Below, piece after piece: positions 9,264 through 19,313 of a stretch of DNA of 64,000 bases (position 1 is its first letter; every line of letters starts with the position of its first letter). This DNA is from Treponemataceae bacterium (GTDB lineage: Bacteria; Spirochaetota; Spirochaetia; Treponematales; Rectinemataceae). The stretch is taken from positions 448,001 through 512,000 of the forward strand of contig CAXXHO010000003.1 of the NCBI GenBank assembly GCA_963667725.2. The letters run 5' to 3'. The notes beneath the pieces are model-generated. The model was not told the origin of the DNA. It worked only from the letters and a program-made list of their open reading frames with translations, and did not search any database. The translations under genes were made by a program, and so were the position numbers.

Positions 9264-11003
9264 ATGTCTCAAGCACAGCAAAGCACCGGCAAGGTGCTCA
9301 GTTCCCTGAAACAGTTGGCGCCCGCTTTTTTCAGGCAGCTCTCCGAGGGCTACTCCACCGGTGATTTCAAGAAGGATCTCGCCGCCGGCATCACCGTCGG
9401 CATCGTAGCGCTGCCCCTCGCCATGGCTTTCGCCATTGGAGCGGGAGCCAGCCCCGCCCAGGGACTCTATACGGCGATTGTGGCGGGATTTGTCGCGGCT
9501 TTCTTCGGCGGTAGTTTCCATCAGGTCTCCGGCCCCACGGGCGCCTTCGTCGTCATAATCGCCGACATCATCGCCCAATTCGGCATGCCGGGACTGCAGC
9601 TGGCCACGCTCATCGCGGGGCTCCTCCTGATCTTCATGGCGATTACAGGGCTGGGAAGCATCATAAAATATATTCCCTACCCGGTGACGATCGGCTTCAC
9701 GACCGGCATAGGCGTGACTATTTTCGTGGGCCAGCTCAAGGATTTTTTCGGCATGGCGATACCCTCGCTCTCGCCCGAGTTCTTCGAGAAAATCGGCCAG
9801 TACGCGGAATATTGGGGCAGCACCAACCTGGCGGCCCTGGGCGCTGGACTGGCGACGGTCGGCATCATCATACTTATAAGGAAGACAATGCCGAAGTTGC
9901 CGGCAGCCGTGACAGCCGTAGCCGTGGTCACCGCCGCCGCTTTCCTGTTGAATCTGCCTCTCGAGACCGTGGGGTCCAAGTTTGGGGCCCTCCCTAAGGG
10001 CTTTCCCTCTCCCAGGTTCCCTGAATTCAGTTTTTCCCTCATACGAAAGGTTTTTCCGAGCGCTCTGACCATCGCGCTTCTCGCGGCGATAGAATCGCTG
10101 CTCTCGGCCGTCGTGGCCGATGGCATGACGGGTACGCGGCATTCTTCCTCTGCGGAATTGAACGGGCAGGGCTTGGGCAATATCGCCAGCGTACTTTTCG
10201 GCGGCATCCCCGCCACGGGAGCGATAGCCAGGACAGCGACCAACATCAAGTCGGGAGCTCGCTCGCCTGTTTCTGGCATGATCCATGCCATCGTGCTCCT
10301 GCTTTTCACGCTTTTCCTTGGGCCTCTCGTCCAGGCAATCCCACTCGCGACGCTCGCCGGCGTCCTCCTCGTCGTCGCCGTAGACATGAGCGAGCTGCCG
10401 CGCTTCTTCTCGATGCGGAAGGCTCCCAAGAGCGACCTAGCCGTCATGGTGACCACTTTTATCCTGACGGTGGTGGTCGATCTTACCGCGGCGGTCGAGG
10501 TGGGTGTCATCCTCGCCATCATCCTTTTCGTGAAGCGCGCGAAGGACACGACATCCGTCGCCACCCAGACCGATTGGCCCAAGGAAGCGGCCGAACTCCT
10601 GGAATCGGGCATGGCGAAGGCAGTCGATAAAAAGGATCTGCAGATTCTCGCCTCCCGCAAGATCCCGAAAGGCTGTGAAATCTATGAGATCAACGGCCCA
10701 TTCTTCTTCGGCGTGGCTGATATCCTGCAGGATACCCTGTCGGGACTCGAGAAGACCCCTAAGGTGTTCATTCTGAGGATGCGCCATGTTCCCGCGATCG
10801 ACGCGACTGGCCTCAACGCGCTGCGCAGCTTCAATAAACACTGCAGGCATCACGGCACGGTGCTTATTCTCAGCGCCGTCGGCGCTCAGCCGGCCAAGGC
10901 GATAGCCCGCATCGGTCTGGCAGAGGAAATCGGAACGGAGAATATCTGTGGCGACATCGATGATGCCCTGGCAAGGGCCGAGAAGATCGTCGGCTCACTA
11001 TAG
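9264..11003 (+). CDS. SulP/SLC26 anion transporter with STAS domain
   Basis: DLAAGITVGIVALPLAMAF, SGPTGAF, PATGAIARTATN; STAS GPFFFG...IDATG. Confidence 0.95.
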   Translation: MSQAQQSTGKVLSSLKQLAPAFFRQLSEGYSTGDFKKDLAAGITVGIVALPLAMAFAIGAGASPAQGLYTAIVAGFVAAFFGGSFHQVSGPTGAFVVIIADIIAQFGMPGLQLATLIAGLLLIFMAITGLGSIIKYIPYPVTIGFTTGIGVTIFVGQLKDFFGMAIPSLSPEFFEKIGQYAEYWGSTNLAALGAGLATVGIIILIRKTMPKLPAAVTAVAVVTAAAFLLNLPLETVGSKFGALPKGFPSPRFPEFSFSLIRKVFPSALTIALLAAIESLLSAVVADGMTGTRHSSSAELNGQGLGNIASVLFGGIPATGAIARTATNIKSGARSPVSGMIHAIVLLLFTLFLGPLVQAIPLATLAGVLLVVAVDMSELPRFFSMRKAPKSDLAVMVTTFILTVVVDLTAAVEVGVILAIILFVKRAKDTTSVATQTDWPKEAAELLESGMAKAVDKKDLQILASRKIPKGCEIYEINGPFFFGVADILQDTLSGLEKTPKVFILRMRHVPAIDATGLNALRSFNKHCRHHGTVLILSAVGAQPAKAIARIGLAEEIGTENICGDIDDALARAEKIVGSL

Positions 11004-11059
11004 AAGCCTTAAAGTATTGACAAGAATTATGCCTTTACGGTATAAGTTGCATGTTGCGT

Positions 11060-11141
11060 GCGGCGATGGTGGAATTGGTAGACACGCTAGCTTGAGGTGC
11101 TAGTGCCGAGAGGTATGGAGGTTCAAGTCCTCTTCGCCGCA
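11060..11141 (+). tRNA. tRNA-Leu(GAG)
   Basis: Acceptor stem GCGGCGA/TCGCCGC, D-arm TGGTGGAATTGGTAGACAC, anticodon loop TTGAGGT, long variable arm, GGTTCAAGTCC; no encoded CCA; TTGACA at 11017 upstream. Confidence 0.95.
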
Positions 11142-11148
11142 GCAGATA

Positions 11149-11178
11149 GGGCTGTCCAAACGGACGGCCCTTTTTTTT
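11149..11178 (+). terminator. Intrinsic terminator after tRNA-Leu
   Basis: GGGCTGTCC-AAAC-GGACGGCCC followed by a T run. Confidence 0.85.
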
Positions 11179-11291
11179 ATGCGGAAGTCCTCGGCTCGCG
11201 AGCCTGCCGCGATTTTTTGTTGACAAGGGAAGTCTTCTATCCTATTGTTTACTAGTTTTATAAGCGTTAAATGTGTTTACAGGAAGGAAGC

Positions 11292-12404
11292 ATGAAAAAA
11301 GTAAAGCTGTCGACGGCAATCTACGCGATCATCTCCATGGCATTCATCATCGGCCTCGCCTCTTGCACTATGGCGGGGCTCAGCTCGTCGGATTTCGATG
11401 ACCTTGGCGACGGTGCCTCGACATCGAAGGGGCTTACGGCCTCGGGAAATCTGACGGTTAACGGCATCCTGGTGACCTTCGATCCGAACGGCGGAACCGT
11501 CGATGCCGGCAGCAAAACAGTCAAACACGGCTCCGCTTATGGCGAGCTTCCCCAGCCAAGCCGCGGCGGCTATAAATTCGGCGGCTGGAGGACAGAACCG
11601 GAAGGGGAAGGGGAAGGGAATCTTGTCACGGCTTCCTCGAAAGTCGCGGCCAAGGCTGATCACATTCTCTATGCCGCGTGGAATCTGGCGCCGAAAAAGA
11701 TAGCCGGGACGGCGGTGACGGGAGAGACCTGCTTCTTTTTCGAGTTCGATGTGGACAGCCCCGTGAAGACAGCCAGCGTTCTGGTTCCCGCTTCGCAGGG
11801 CGGATATATACAGAACGAGAAGATGGCCTACGAAAAAATCATCTATGCTATGGCTTATCTCTATGTCGATTATGCCCATGGCATAATGGCGGGAGCGACT
11901 GAAGAGAAGGATGGAGTGTCTTACTCCTTCCAGGGGAACTACTCGCCGACCGATGGCTTCGTGGGCAATATCCAGAAGAACGAGAATGGCGCGGCATCGG
12001 GCGGCTATCTGGTTGGGACCCCTCTGTTCAGCGGCATGAATGTCGTCAATTATGTCGGCGCCGCGACGTACTTGTTTGATACTCCCACGCCCCAAACCCT
12101 GCTTTTCAACGCGACGGCCAATTTCGACACGAATGAAGTCATCGGCACCTGGTGCGAATCGGGCGAAGGCTGGGGCTATGGAATCCATGGCAGCATCGGC
12201 GGTGCTCTCGAGAGCAGCAAAGTCATAAGCCTGAACGCGGCTCCTTTGCCGGCCTTCGAGCCATATTTACTGTATCCATTGAGCGTGCTCGGTGAAGGCA
12301 GGTTCAAGAATGCCAGCAAAGAGACGGTATCAGGCTATCTGAACTTGTATTATGGCGATCAGGTGCTGCCGTCCACTATCATTGCCGTCAGGGAGTCCGA
12401 CTGA
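11292..12404 (+). CDS. Lipoprotein with an InlB B-repeat (Flg_new-like) domain
   Basis: Lipobox LASC; VTFDPNGG...YGELPQPSRGGYKFGGW...LYAAW repeat signature. Confidence 0.75.
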   Translation: MKKVKLSTAIYAIISMAFIIGLASCTMAGLSSSDFDDLGDGASTSKGLTASGNLTVNGILVTFDPNGGTVDAGSKTVKHGSAYGELPQPSRGGYKFGGWRTEPEGEGEGNLVTASSKVAAKADHILYAAWNLAPKKIAGTAVTGETCFFFEFDVDSPVKTASVLVPASQGGYIQNEKMAYEKIIYAMAYLYVDYAHGIMAGATEEKDGVSYSFQGNYSPTDGFVGNIQKNENGAASGGYLVGTPLFSGMNVVNYVGAATYLFDTPTPQTLLFNATANFDTNEVIGTWCESGEGWGYGIHGSIGGALESSKVISLNAAPLPAFEPYLLYPLSVLGEGRFKNASKETVSGYLNLYYGDQVLPSTIIAVRESD

Positions 12405-12632
12405 CCGGAGGGGCAACCGAAGAGAAAATCGGCTATTTTCTTTGAAGAAGCCCCAATTCTTTTTGCCTCAGCAAATTAGGAATATTTCGCGGTCGTTGTT
12501 CTATTTCGCATATATTGACAAAATGTCAGCAAATTTGGAGAATAGCACTGTTGGGACGAAACAGGCAAAAATGAGACATCGTGGGTGCCCCTTGCCGTAT
12601 CTTCCAACGCTGTTTTCCGGAGGTTTTCTTAG

Positions 12633-13235
12633 ATGAAGTACCTTAAGGTAATCGCTCTCGTCCTCGTCGTCGCTCTCGTCGGTTCCTGCGCAGCCAAGCT
12701 TCCGCAGAAAGATATCGATCTCGCCACCACGGCGTTGAGCGATGCCCAGGCAGCCAAGGCCGATGTCTACGCTCCCGCTGAGTACCAGACCGCTCAGGAT
12801 GCCAAAAATTCCCTGGATACAGAGATCGCCGTCCAGGAAGCCCTGCAGTCCGGCAAGTCATATAAGCTGACCGGCGAGCTCGCGAAGGCTCTCCTCGACG
12901 CGGCCACGAAAGCCAAAGATGCGGCCGCCGCCAACATGGAAACGGTGAAAGCCGAAGTAGCGACGCTGATCACCGATGTACAGGCCGCTTTCCCGATCGT
13001 CAAAGCCGAATCCGAAGCCGCTTCCAAGGAAGCGAGAAAGGCCGCCAAAGCCGGGCTGAATGTCCAGGCAATCGCCGCCCAGGTAACCGCCGAGGAAGAG
13101 GCCATCGCCGCCGCTCAGGCCGCCAATGACGCTCAGGATTACGCGGCAGCCAAGGATCAGCTCACCCTGCTCAAGGATGAGATCGCTCAGCTCCAGGCCA
13201 GCCTGGAAGCCGCCGGCTTCACCGCCGCGCTCTGA
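12633..13235 (+). CDS. Ala-rich helical lipoprotein (DUF4398-like)
   Basis: Lipobox VGSC; ADVYAPAEYQTA motif. Confidence 0.65.
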   Translation: MKYLKVIALVLVVALVGSCAAKLPQKDIDLATTALSDAQAAKADVYAPAEYQTAQDAKNSLDTEIAVQEALQSGKSYKLTGELAKALLDAATKAKDAAAANMETVKAEVATLITDVQAAFPIVKAESEAASKEARKAAKAGLNVQAIAAQVTAEEEAIAAAQAANDAQDYAAAKDQLTLLKDEIAQLQASLEAAGFTAAL

Positions 13236-13276
13236 TCTATCGGCGATAATTGTCGCCGTTTAGCGACAAATCGTTG

Positions 13277-13309
13277 AAAAAGCACCCGGTTTCCGCCGGG
13301 TGCTTTTTT
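13277..13309 (+). terminator. Intrinsic terminator
   Basis: AAAAAGCACCCGG...CCGGGTGCTTTTTT. Confidence 0.85.
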
Positions 13310-13443
13310 ATGCTTTATCTTGTCCGCCCTCGGAAATCTATTGCGGCGGGAGAAAGGCGACAGCTATCTCTTGAAGCGGCTTTTCCTTGCGGCAGGCTGG
13401 CGCGGCGGCGTATTGGCCGCTAAGATGAACAGAGGCGGTACCC

Positions 13444-14379
13444 ATGATTTTCCGATACACCGAAGCGCCGAGCTTCAACAGCGTCCTCCTGGAGAAAATG
13501 CTTTGGGCGGTGAGACTGAAAGATTCCCAGGAGACGGAAAAGCCGAGTTTTCGATCCAGGGACTATTCGAAAAGTATTTCCAGTCCTTCACCGCCGGAAC
13601 ATCTGCGGCTTCGCGTCGATATCGCGAAAAGCGAATTCCAGGGAAGACCGATCCACACGCTCTCGCCCAAGGTTGGCATCGGTTCGCCTCTCGTGCTGTT
13701 CCTCCACGGCGGCTCCTATGTCCTCAACGCGACGCATCCGCATTGGCGGTTCCTGGCCGGTCTTGTCGAGCGCTCGGGATGCGCCATCGTGGCTCCCGAC
13801 TACCCTCTGGCTCCAGAATATTGCTATGTCGACGCCTATAGGCTGCTCGTGCCGCTTTACCGCGAGCTTGTGACCGAGAAAAATCATCGCAAGATAATCC
13901 TCATGGGCGATTCGGCTGGAGGCGGCCTCATCCTGGGCTTGGCGATGATGATTCGCGACGAGAATATTCCCCCCGCGGATGCCGTTGTCCTGCTTTCTCC
14001 CTGGCTGGATGTGACCATGAGCAATCCTTGCATAGAGAGTATTGACCGCGCCGACCCCTTCCTCAACGTCGGGGCTCTCGTTCGCGCGGGCAAAGCCTGG
14101 GCCAGGGGAGCAAATCCCCGTAAGCCTCTCATAAGCCCTATCTACGGCAAGGTGGATGACCTGCCTCCCATCCATCTGTTCATAGGGACCAAGGATGTCC
14201 TCGCCGCCGACTGCAGGCGGTTCAGGGAGCGCTGCATGGCGGCGAATGTCCGTCTTGCCTACTATGAGTTCGAAAATATGGTGCATGACTGGATGCTTCT
14301 GGAGTTCAAGGAAGCGAGGATGGCGGCCATGCAGATAGCGGCTATCGTGGCGGGGGTGAGAGATTCGGAGACGGTCTAG
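13444..14379 (+). CDS. Alpha/beta hydrolase (HSL-family esterase)
   Basis: HGGSY oxyanion motif, GDSAGG nucleophile, distal D and H. Confidence 0.9.
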   Translation: MIFRYTEAPSFNSVLLEKMLWAVRLKDSQETEKPSFRSRDYSKSISSPSPPEHLRLRVDIAKSEFQGRPIHTLSPKVGIGSPLVLFLHGGSYVLNATHPHWRFLAGLVERSGCAIVAPDYPLAPEYCYVDAYRLLVPLYRELVTEKNHRKIILMGDSAGGGLILGLAMMIRDENIPPADAVVLLSPWLDVTMSNPCIESIDRADPFLNVGALVRAGKAWARGANPRKPLISPIYGKVDDLPPIHLFIGTKDVLAADCRRFRERCMAANVRLAYYEFENMVHDWMLLEFKEARMAAMQIAAIVAGVRDSETV

Positions 14380-14393
14380 CGATGCGGAAAAAG

Positions 14394-14424
14394 CGAGGGC
14401 GACGTCCGCAGGACGTCGCCCTCG
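14394..14424. terminator. Hairpin between convergent genes
   Basis: CGAGGGCGACGTCC-GCA-GGACGTCGCCCTCG with an A run on the left. Confidence 0.75.
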
Positions 14425-14446
14425 TCGAATTTACCTTATGCGACGC

Positions 14447-16246
14447 TTATTCGGCGTTTTCGACGGCGAACTGCCAATAATCCGCGCCGTGGCCATCCTC
14501 TACGGCATAACCGGCGGGAAGGGACGAAGCTTCGCTCGCGAAAGCGGGAGGGGTGAAGTATTGGATGCCCGCCGGATCCAGGGCCTCCTGGCTGTCCTTT
14601 TCGGCGGAATCGGAGAGCGCGGCCGCGACGGCGGCGGCAACGGCGACGTCTGTCGCCGCTTTATAGCCGTCTGACTTTTTCCACTCTTCCATCCGCTGGC
14701 CTTTGAGGAATTTCTCGGCTACGGAAGGGAAAAGCTCAAGAAGCAATTTTTCCTTCTCATCGATAGCGAGGAGACTGCCGCCCGCATCTTCCTGGACGGG
14801 ATTGGGCTGTTCCTTATAATTGGAAGTGTCGTAGGGGATTTCTTCCTTCGTGCCGCAAATCTTCAGGCGGAATTCCGGATCGACAGGCCATGGCGTTTTT
14901 CCGTAGGACCCTTTCACCAACTCGGCGAAGTTTTTCGACACATTGGCGTAGGGGTCTTCGCCCTTAATTTTGGAAACGACATAATTGACAGCCTGCACGC
15001 CGACGATCTGGCTCGTGGGCGTCACGAGGGGCGGAACGCCGGCATCGAGCCTGACGATGGGAACAACCTTCAATACCTCATTGAGATGCTGTTCCAGTTT
15101 GGCTTCTTTCAGTTGGGCCATCATGTTGGTATACATGCCGCCCGGGATCTGCGCGGTCTGGACGATGGCGTCGGGTTCGGGATAGTTGAAGGCTGCCTCG
15201 ATCTGCCTGCATCGCTCGAGAGCCTTCGTGAATTTGCCGCCGACCGTGAACTCCAGCGCGTCGTCGAAGAGGCTGTTGAGTTCGGGCGGGAGCCTGTCCT
15301 TGGATAGGTCCATCGCGGGAGGCAGCCGCTTGTACTGATCGAATTTGGAGAGTTCGGCCCTTATTTCGCGGAGCGCCGCGTCTATTTTTGCCACGGCGGC
15401 GTTGTCGACGCCTGTTTCCATCCCCAGCTTGTCGGCGAAAATCCTGATGATCTCGTACGCTGGCGCCGCCGGTCCGCCGGAGAAGGAGAGCATGGCCGTA
15501 TCGACGATGTCGACGCCGTTCACCATGGCCGAGAGGAGACTTGCCACGCCGTATCCGGGCGTGCAGTGGGTATGGAGATCGATGGGGACGCTCACCTCGT
15601 TTTTCAGGGCTTTTATGAGCCTGGCCGACTTTACCGGATCGATAAGTCCGGCCATGTCCTTGATGGTGATCATGTCGGCGCCGACGGCTTCGAGCGCTTT
15701 GGCTTTTTTCACGAAATAGTCAATGTTGAATATGTCGTTGGGCAGGTGCTTTCCGGATATGAAGGACCTGAATCTTTCCATCCCCGAAAACTTCGGATCC
15801 ACGGTGTAGCAGACGGCGCAGTCGGCCATTCCGCCGGCTTCTTTGACGAAGTTGATGGATGATTTCATGTTCTCGATATCGTTGAGGGCGTCGAAAATGC
15901 GCATGATGTCGATGCCCGAAGCGACCGCGTTCCTGCAGAAGCCGCCGATGACCGAATCGGGGTAGGGGTTGTAGCCGAAAAGATTTCTTCCCCTGGAGAG
16001 GGCGGTGAGCTTCGAGGCTCCGTCAATGCCAGCTTTGATCGATTCCAGCCGCCGCCAGGGGCTTTCATTGAGGTAGCGCATCACCGAATCGGGAACCGCT
16101 CCTCCCCAAACTTCCATGGCGAAAAAATGCGCGTCGCGGTAGTCGGGAAGAACTCTGTCCACCTGGGCTTGGTTCATCCTCGTAGCGAACTGGGATTGCT
16201 GACCGTCGCGCAGTGTCAGATCCCTTATCTTAAGCTGTTTCTTCAT
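14447..16246 (-). CDS. Pyruvate/oxaloacetate carboxyltransferase (OadA / transcarboxylase 5S-like) with no biotinyl domain
   Basis: LRDGQQS, EVWGGA, RIFDALND, IKDMAG, HTHCTPG, QIPGGMYTN, PLVTPTSQIVG; no AMKM motif. Confidence 0.88.
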   Translation of the reverse strand: MKKQLKIRDLTLRDGQQSQFATRMNQAQVDRVLPDYRDAHFFAMEVWGGAVPDSVMRYLNESPWRRLESIKAGIDGASKLTALSRGRNLFGYNPYPDSVIGGFCRNAVASGIDIMRIFDALNDIENMKSSINFVKEAGGMADCAVCYTVDPKFSGMERFRSFISGKHLPNDIFNIDYFVKKAKALEAVGADMITIKDMAGLIDPVKSARLIKALKNEVSVPIDLHTHCTPGYGVASLLSAMVNGVDIVDTAMLSFSGGPAAPAYEIIRIFADKLGMETGVDNAAVAKIDAALREIRAELSKFDQYKRLPPAMDLSKDRLPPELNSLFDDALEFTVGGKFTKALERCRQIEAAFNYPEPDAIVQTAQIPGGMYTNMMAQLKEAKLEQHLNEVLKVVPIVRLDAGVPPLVTPTSQIVGVQAVNYVVSKIKGEDPYANVSKNFAELVKGSYGKTPWPVDPEFRLKICGTKEEIPYDTSNYKEQPNPVQEDAGGSLLAIDEKEKLLLELFPSVAEKFLKGQRMEEWKKSDGYKAATDVAVAAAVAAALSDSAEKDSQEALDPAGIQYFTPPAFASEASSLPAGYAVEDGHGADYWQFAVENAE

Positions 16247-16346
16247 ATCGAAAGTCCTCCGATAAATTATGCCGGTATTTTTATCAAATAAGTATACATC
16301 CTGAAAAGAGGATCGAGAAGTGGGCCAGCGGTCGGGTACTATTCTT

Positions 16347-16375
16347 TTGACAGAATCCCCATATTCGGATATAAT
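16347..16375 (+). promoter_or_regulatory. Consensus sigma70 promoter of the kor-mcm operon
   Basis: TTGACA-N17-TATAAT. Confidence 0.8.
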
Positions 16376-16509
16376 GACGGATATGCCGCATTCCTAGACT
16401 AACCTCGAACAAATTTTATCTAGGCTATTTCTGTCTTGTTCCAGGCGCCCGGGAAACAATTCCGACCTGTATAGGCCGGGAGCGGCGCAAACATCGTCGA
16501 GCAGGGTAT

Positions 16510-16785
16510 ATGGCTGAACAAAAAAAAGGCTATTATCATGTGATCCGCGAGAAGTACTGCAAAGGCTGCGGCATTTGTGTCGCCTTTTGCCCAAAACATC
16601 TTCTCGTGCTGAAAAACGGCAAGGTTTTCCCCGAGAAACCTGAAATCTGCATCGGGTGCCGCATGTGCGAATTCAGGTGCCCGGACTACGCGATCGAGGT
16701 AAAGCCGCTCGAAAAAGAGCCCAACCACGGACACAACGTGGATGCCTACGATCTCAGTCTGCCGCCGGAGGCGCATAATGGCTAA
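16510..16785 (+). CDS. korD: 2x[4Fe-4S] ferredoxin, delta subunit of 2-oxoacid:ferredoxin oxidoreductase
   Basis: CKGCGICVAFCP and CIGCRMCEFRCPD. Confidence 0.85.
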   Translation: MAEQKKGYYHVIREKYCKGCGICVAFCPKHLLVLKNGKVFPEKPEICIGCRMCEFRCPDYAIEVKPLEKEPNHGHNVDAYDLSLPPEAHNG

Positions 16786-17911
16786 TATCGTCAAACTCAT
16801 GCAGGGAAATGAAGCGTGCACGATGGGCGCTCTCGCCGCCGGACTCCAGTTCTTCGGCGGCTACCCGATCACCCCTTCCACAGAGATTGCCGAGATGTGC
16901 TCCGAGGAGCTGCCCAAGGTCGGCGGCAAATTCATTCAGATGGAAGATGAAATAGGCTCCATCGCCGCGTGCATCGGCGCTTCCCTCACCGGGAAGAAGG
17001 CCATGACCGCCACGTCGGGTCCCGGATTCTCCCTGATGCAGGAAAACATCGGCTATGCCTGTCTCTGCGAAATTCCCGTCGTCATCATCAACGTTCAGCG
17101 GATGGGTCCTTCCACGGGCATGCCTACAAGTCCGGCCCAGGGCGATGTGATGCAGGCGCGCTGGGGAACCCATGGAGACCATTCCATCATCGTCCTCACG
17201 CCAGGCAACGTTAAGGAGTGCTTTGAACTCACCTTCAAGGCCTTCGTCCTCTCGGAAAAATACAGGATTCCCGTCATCGTTCTGGCCGACGAGGTCATCT
17301 GCCACATGAGGGAGAAGGTGGTTCTGCCCGATCCCAAAACCTACAAGATTCCCATGCGCGCCATGCCGGAATCTCCGGCCGGGTACAAGCCATACGCGGC
17401 CGATCCCGATGGCGGCGTGCCTCTCATGGCGCCCTTCGGCAAGGGTTATCGCTGGCACTGCACGGGTCTGTTCCACGACGAGACGGGAGCCCCGTCGGGC
17501 AAGCCCGCCGTCGCCAACGCCCTTCTACGGCGGCTCGATCGAAAAATCGAGAAGAACAAGGCCGAATTCGAGGATTATTTCGCCGAAAATCTGGATGACT
17601 GCGACGTCGCTGTCGTTTCCTTCGGTTCCTCGGCCATGGCCGCCCTGTCGGCGGTGAGGCGGGCTCGGAAGGAAGGCTTGAAGGCCGGCATGCTCAGGCT
17701 CAAGACGATGTGGCCTTTCCCCGACGAAACCCTGCGAAGATTGACCTCTAGCGCGAAAACGATAATCGTCCCCGAGATGAATCTTGGCCAGGTCGCCCTC
17801 GAAGTGGAGCGCGTGATCCACGGCAAGGCTAAGGTCGTAAAGCTTGGAAAGGTGAACGGCGAACTCTTCCACCCCGACGAAGTGTACGCGGCCCTCAAGG
17901 AGGCCTTCTGA
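16778..17911 (+). CDS. korA: 2-oxoacid:ferredoxin oxidoreductase alpha subunit
   Basis: GYPITPSTE, QMEDE, TATSGPGFSLMQE. Confidence 0.92.
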   Translation: MANIVKLMQGNEACTMGALAAGLQFFGGYPITPSTEIAEMCSEELPKVGGKFIQMEDEIGSIAACIGASLTGKKAMTATSGPGFSLMQENIGYACLCEIPVVIINVQRMGPSTGMPTSPAQGDVMQARWGTHGDHSIIVLTPGNVKECFELTFKAFVLSEKYRIPVIVLADEVICHMREKVVLPDPKTYKIPMRAMPESPAGYKPYAADPDGGVPLMAPFGKGYRWHCTGLFHDETGAPSGKPAVANALLRRLDRKIEKNKAEFEDYFAENLDDCDVAVVSFGSSAMAALSAVRRARKEGLKAGMLRLKTMWPFPDETLRRLTSSAKTIIVPEMNLGQVALEVERVIHGKAKVVKLGKVNGELFHPDEVYAALKEAF

Positions 17912-18771
17912 TGGCTGAACTACTCGACTATTTCCGCAAGGAAAGGCTTCCCCATATCTGGTGCCCCGGCTGCGGCCACGGAACGATCACGGGTGCTCTC
18001 GTCCGGGCCATCGATAAGCTTGGTCTCGACAAGAACAACATCGTCCTGGTCTCTGGAATAGGCTGTTCGAGCCGCGCCGTCGGCTACCTCGATTTCGACA
18101 CGGTGCATACGACCCATGGCCGGGCGCTCGCCTTCGCGACGGGCATCAAGCACGCGAGGCCCAATCTCAAGGTAATCGTCATGACCGGCGACGGAGACTG
18201 CACGGCCATAGGCGGCAACCATTTCATCCACGCCGCCCGCCGCAACATCGATATCACCACGATCATCATGAACAATTCGATCTACGGCATGACATCGGGC
18301 CAGTATTCACCCACGACCCCCCACGGCATGCTGGGAACGACGGCTCCGTACGGCAACGTCGAATATGAATTCGATGTCTGCAAACTGGCCGAGGCGGCCG
18401 GCGCGAGCTACGTGGCGAGAGCCTCCAGCTACCATGTGACGCTTCTCACCGAGCTCCTCGAGAAGGCCCTCATGAACAAGGGCTTCTCCGTGGTCGAGGC
18501 GCTGGCGCAGTGTCCCACCTATCTGGGCAGGAAGAACAAGATCGGCGGAGCCGTCGAGGTCCTGAACTGGATCAAGGACAGGACGGTCAACGTAAAGGCC
18601 GCCGCGGCGCTTCCTCCTGAAAAGCTGGAAGGCAAACTGCTGATCGGCGAACTTTTCACGCATGACAGGCCCGAATATACGGCCAGCTACGCCGAAATGA
18701 CGGCGAAAGTACAGAGAACATACAACGATTACAAGGGAGGTAACCGGGGATGCGAGTTGAATTCAGACTAA
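17911..18771 (+). CDS. korB: 2-oxoacid:ferredoxin oxidoreductase beta subunit
   Basis: WCPGCG, GIGCS, HTTHGRA, TPP motif GDGD...NN. Confidence 0.92.
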   Translation: MAELLDYFRKERLPHIWCPGCGHGTITGALVRAIDKLGLDKNNIVLVSGIGCSSRAVGYLDFDTVHTTHGRALAFATGIKHARPNLKVIVMTGDGDCTAIGGNHFIHAARRNIDITTIIMNNSIYGMTSGQYSPTTPHGMLGTTAPYGNVEYEFDVCKLAEAAGASYVARASSYHVTLLTELLEKALMNKGFSVVEALAQCPTYLGRKNKIGGAVEVLNWIKDRTVNVKAAAALPPEKLEGKLLIGELFTHDRPEYTASYAEMTAKVQRTYNDYKGGNRGCELNSD

Positions 18772-19301
18772 GCGGCTCCGGTGGCCAGGGCCTTTTGCTC
18801 GCGGGCATCACGCTCGCCGAAGCGGCCATCGATGAGGGCAAGAACGCGGTACAGACACAGAGTTACGGACCTGAGGCGAGAGGCGGCTCAAGCAAGGCGG
18901 AAGTCGTGATTTCCGACGAGGAAATCGATTACCCGAAGGCGACCGATCCCGATTTCCTTCTCGCGCTCACCACGGATGCGTATAAAACCTATGGACCCCT
19001 GATGAAGAAGGGGCTGATCATCACCGATACGTCGGTGACGCTCAATCCCGCCATTACGGCGAGAACGGTCGCCCTGCCGATACTGGCTTCGGCCGTGGAG
19101 AAGGTGGGCAAGAAAGTCGTGGCCAATATGGTGGCCCTGGGCGTCCTCGGCGGCATTTCCGGCGTCGCAAGCCGCGAAGTGCTGCGAAAAGCGGTCAAAG
19201 CCAGGGTCCCAAAGGGAACCGACGAGCTGAACCTTAAGGCGCTCGATGTGGGGCTTCAATTAGCCGCGCAGTCGGGAGTTTCCGGCGTGACGGTCCTATA
19301 A
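18750..19301 (+). CDS. korC: 2-oxoacid:ferredoxin oxidoreductase gamma subunit
   Basis: GSGGQG, SYGPEARGG, NMVALG. Confidence 0.92.
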   Translation: MRVEFRLSGSGGQGLLLAGITLAEAAIDEGKNAVQTQSYGPEARGGSSKAEVVISDEEIDYPKATDPDFLLALTTDAYKTYGPLMKKGLIITDTSVTLNPAITARTVALPILASAVEKVGKKVVANMVALGVLGGISGVASREVLRKAVKARVPKGTDELNLKALDVGLQLAAQSGVSGVTVL

Positions 19302-19313
19302 GGAGACTAAGCA

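Noticed and set aside
11060..12404. tRNA-Leu as an island integration site
   Set aside because: No duplicated tRNA-Leu 3' end or integrase noticed; the terminator follows directly
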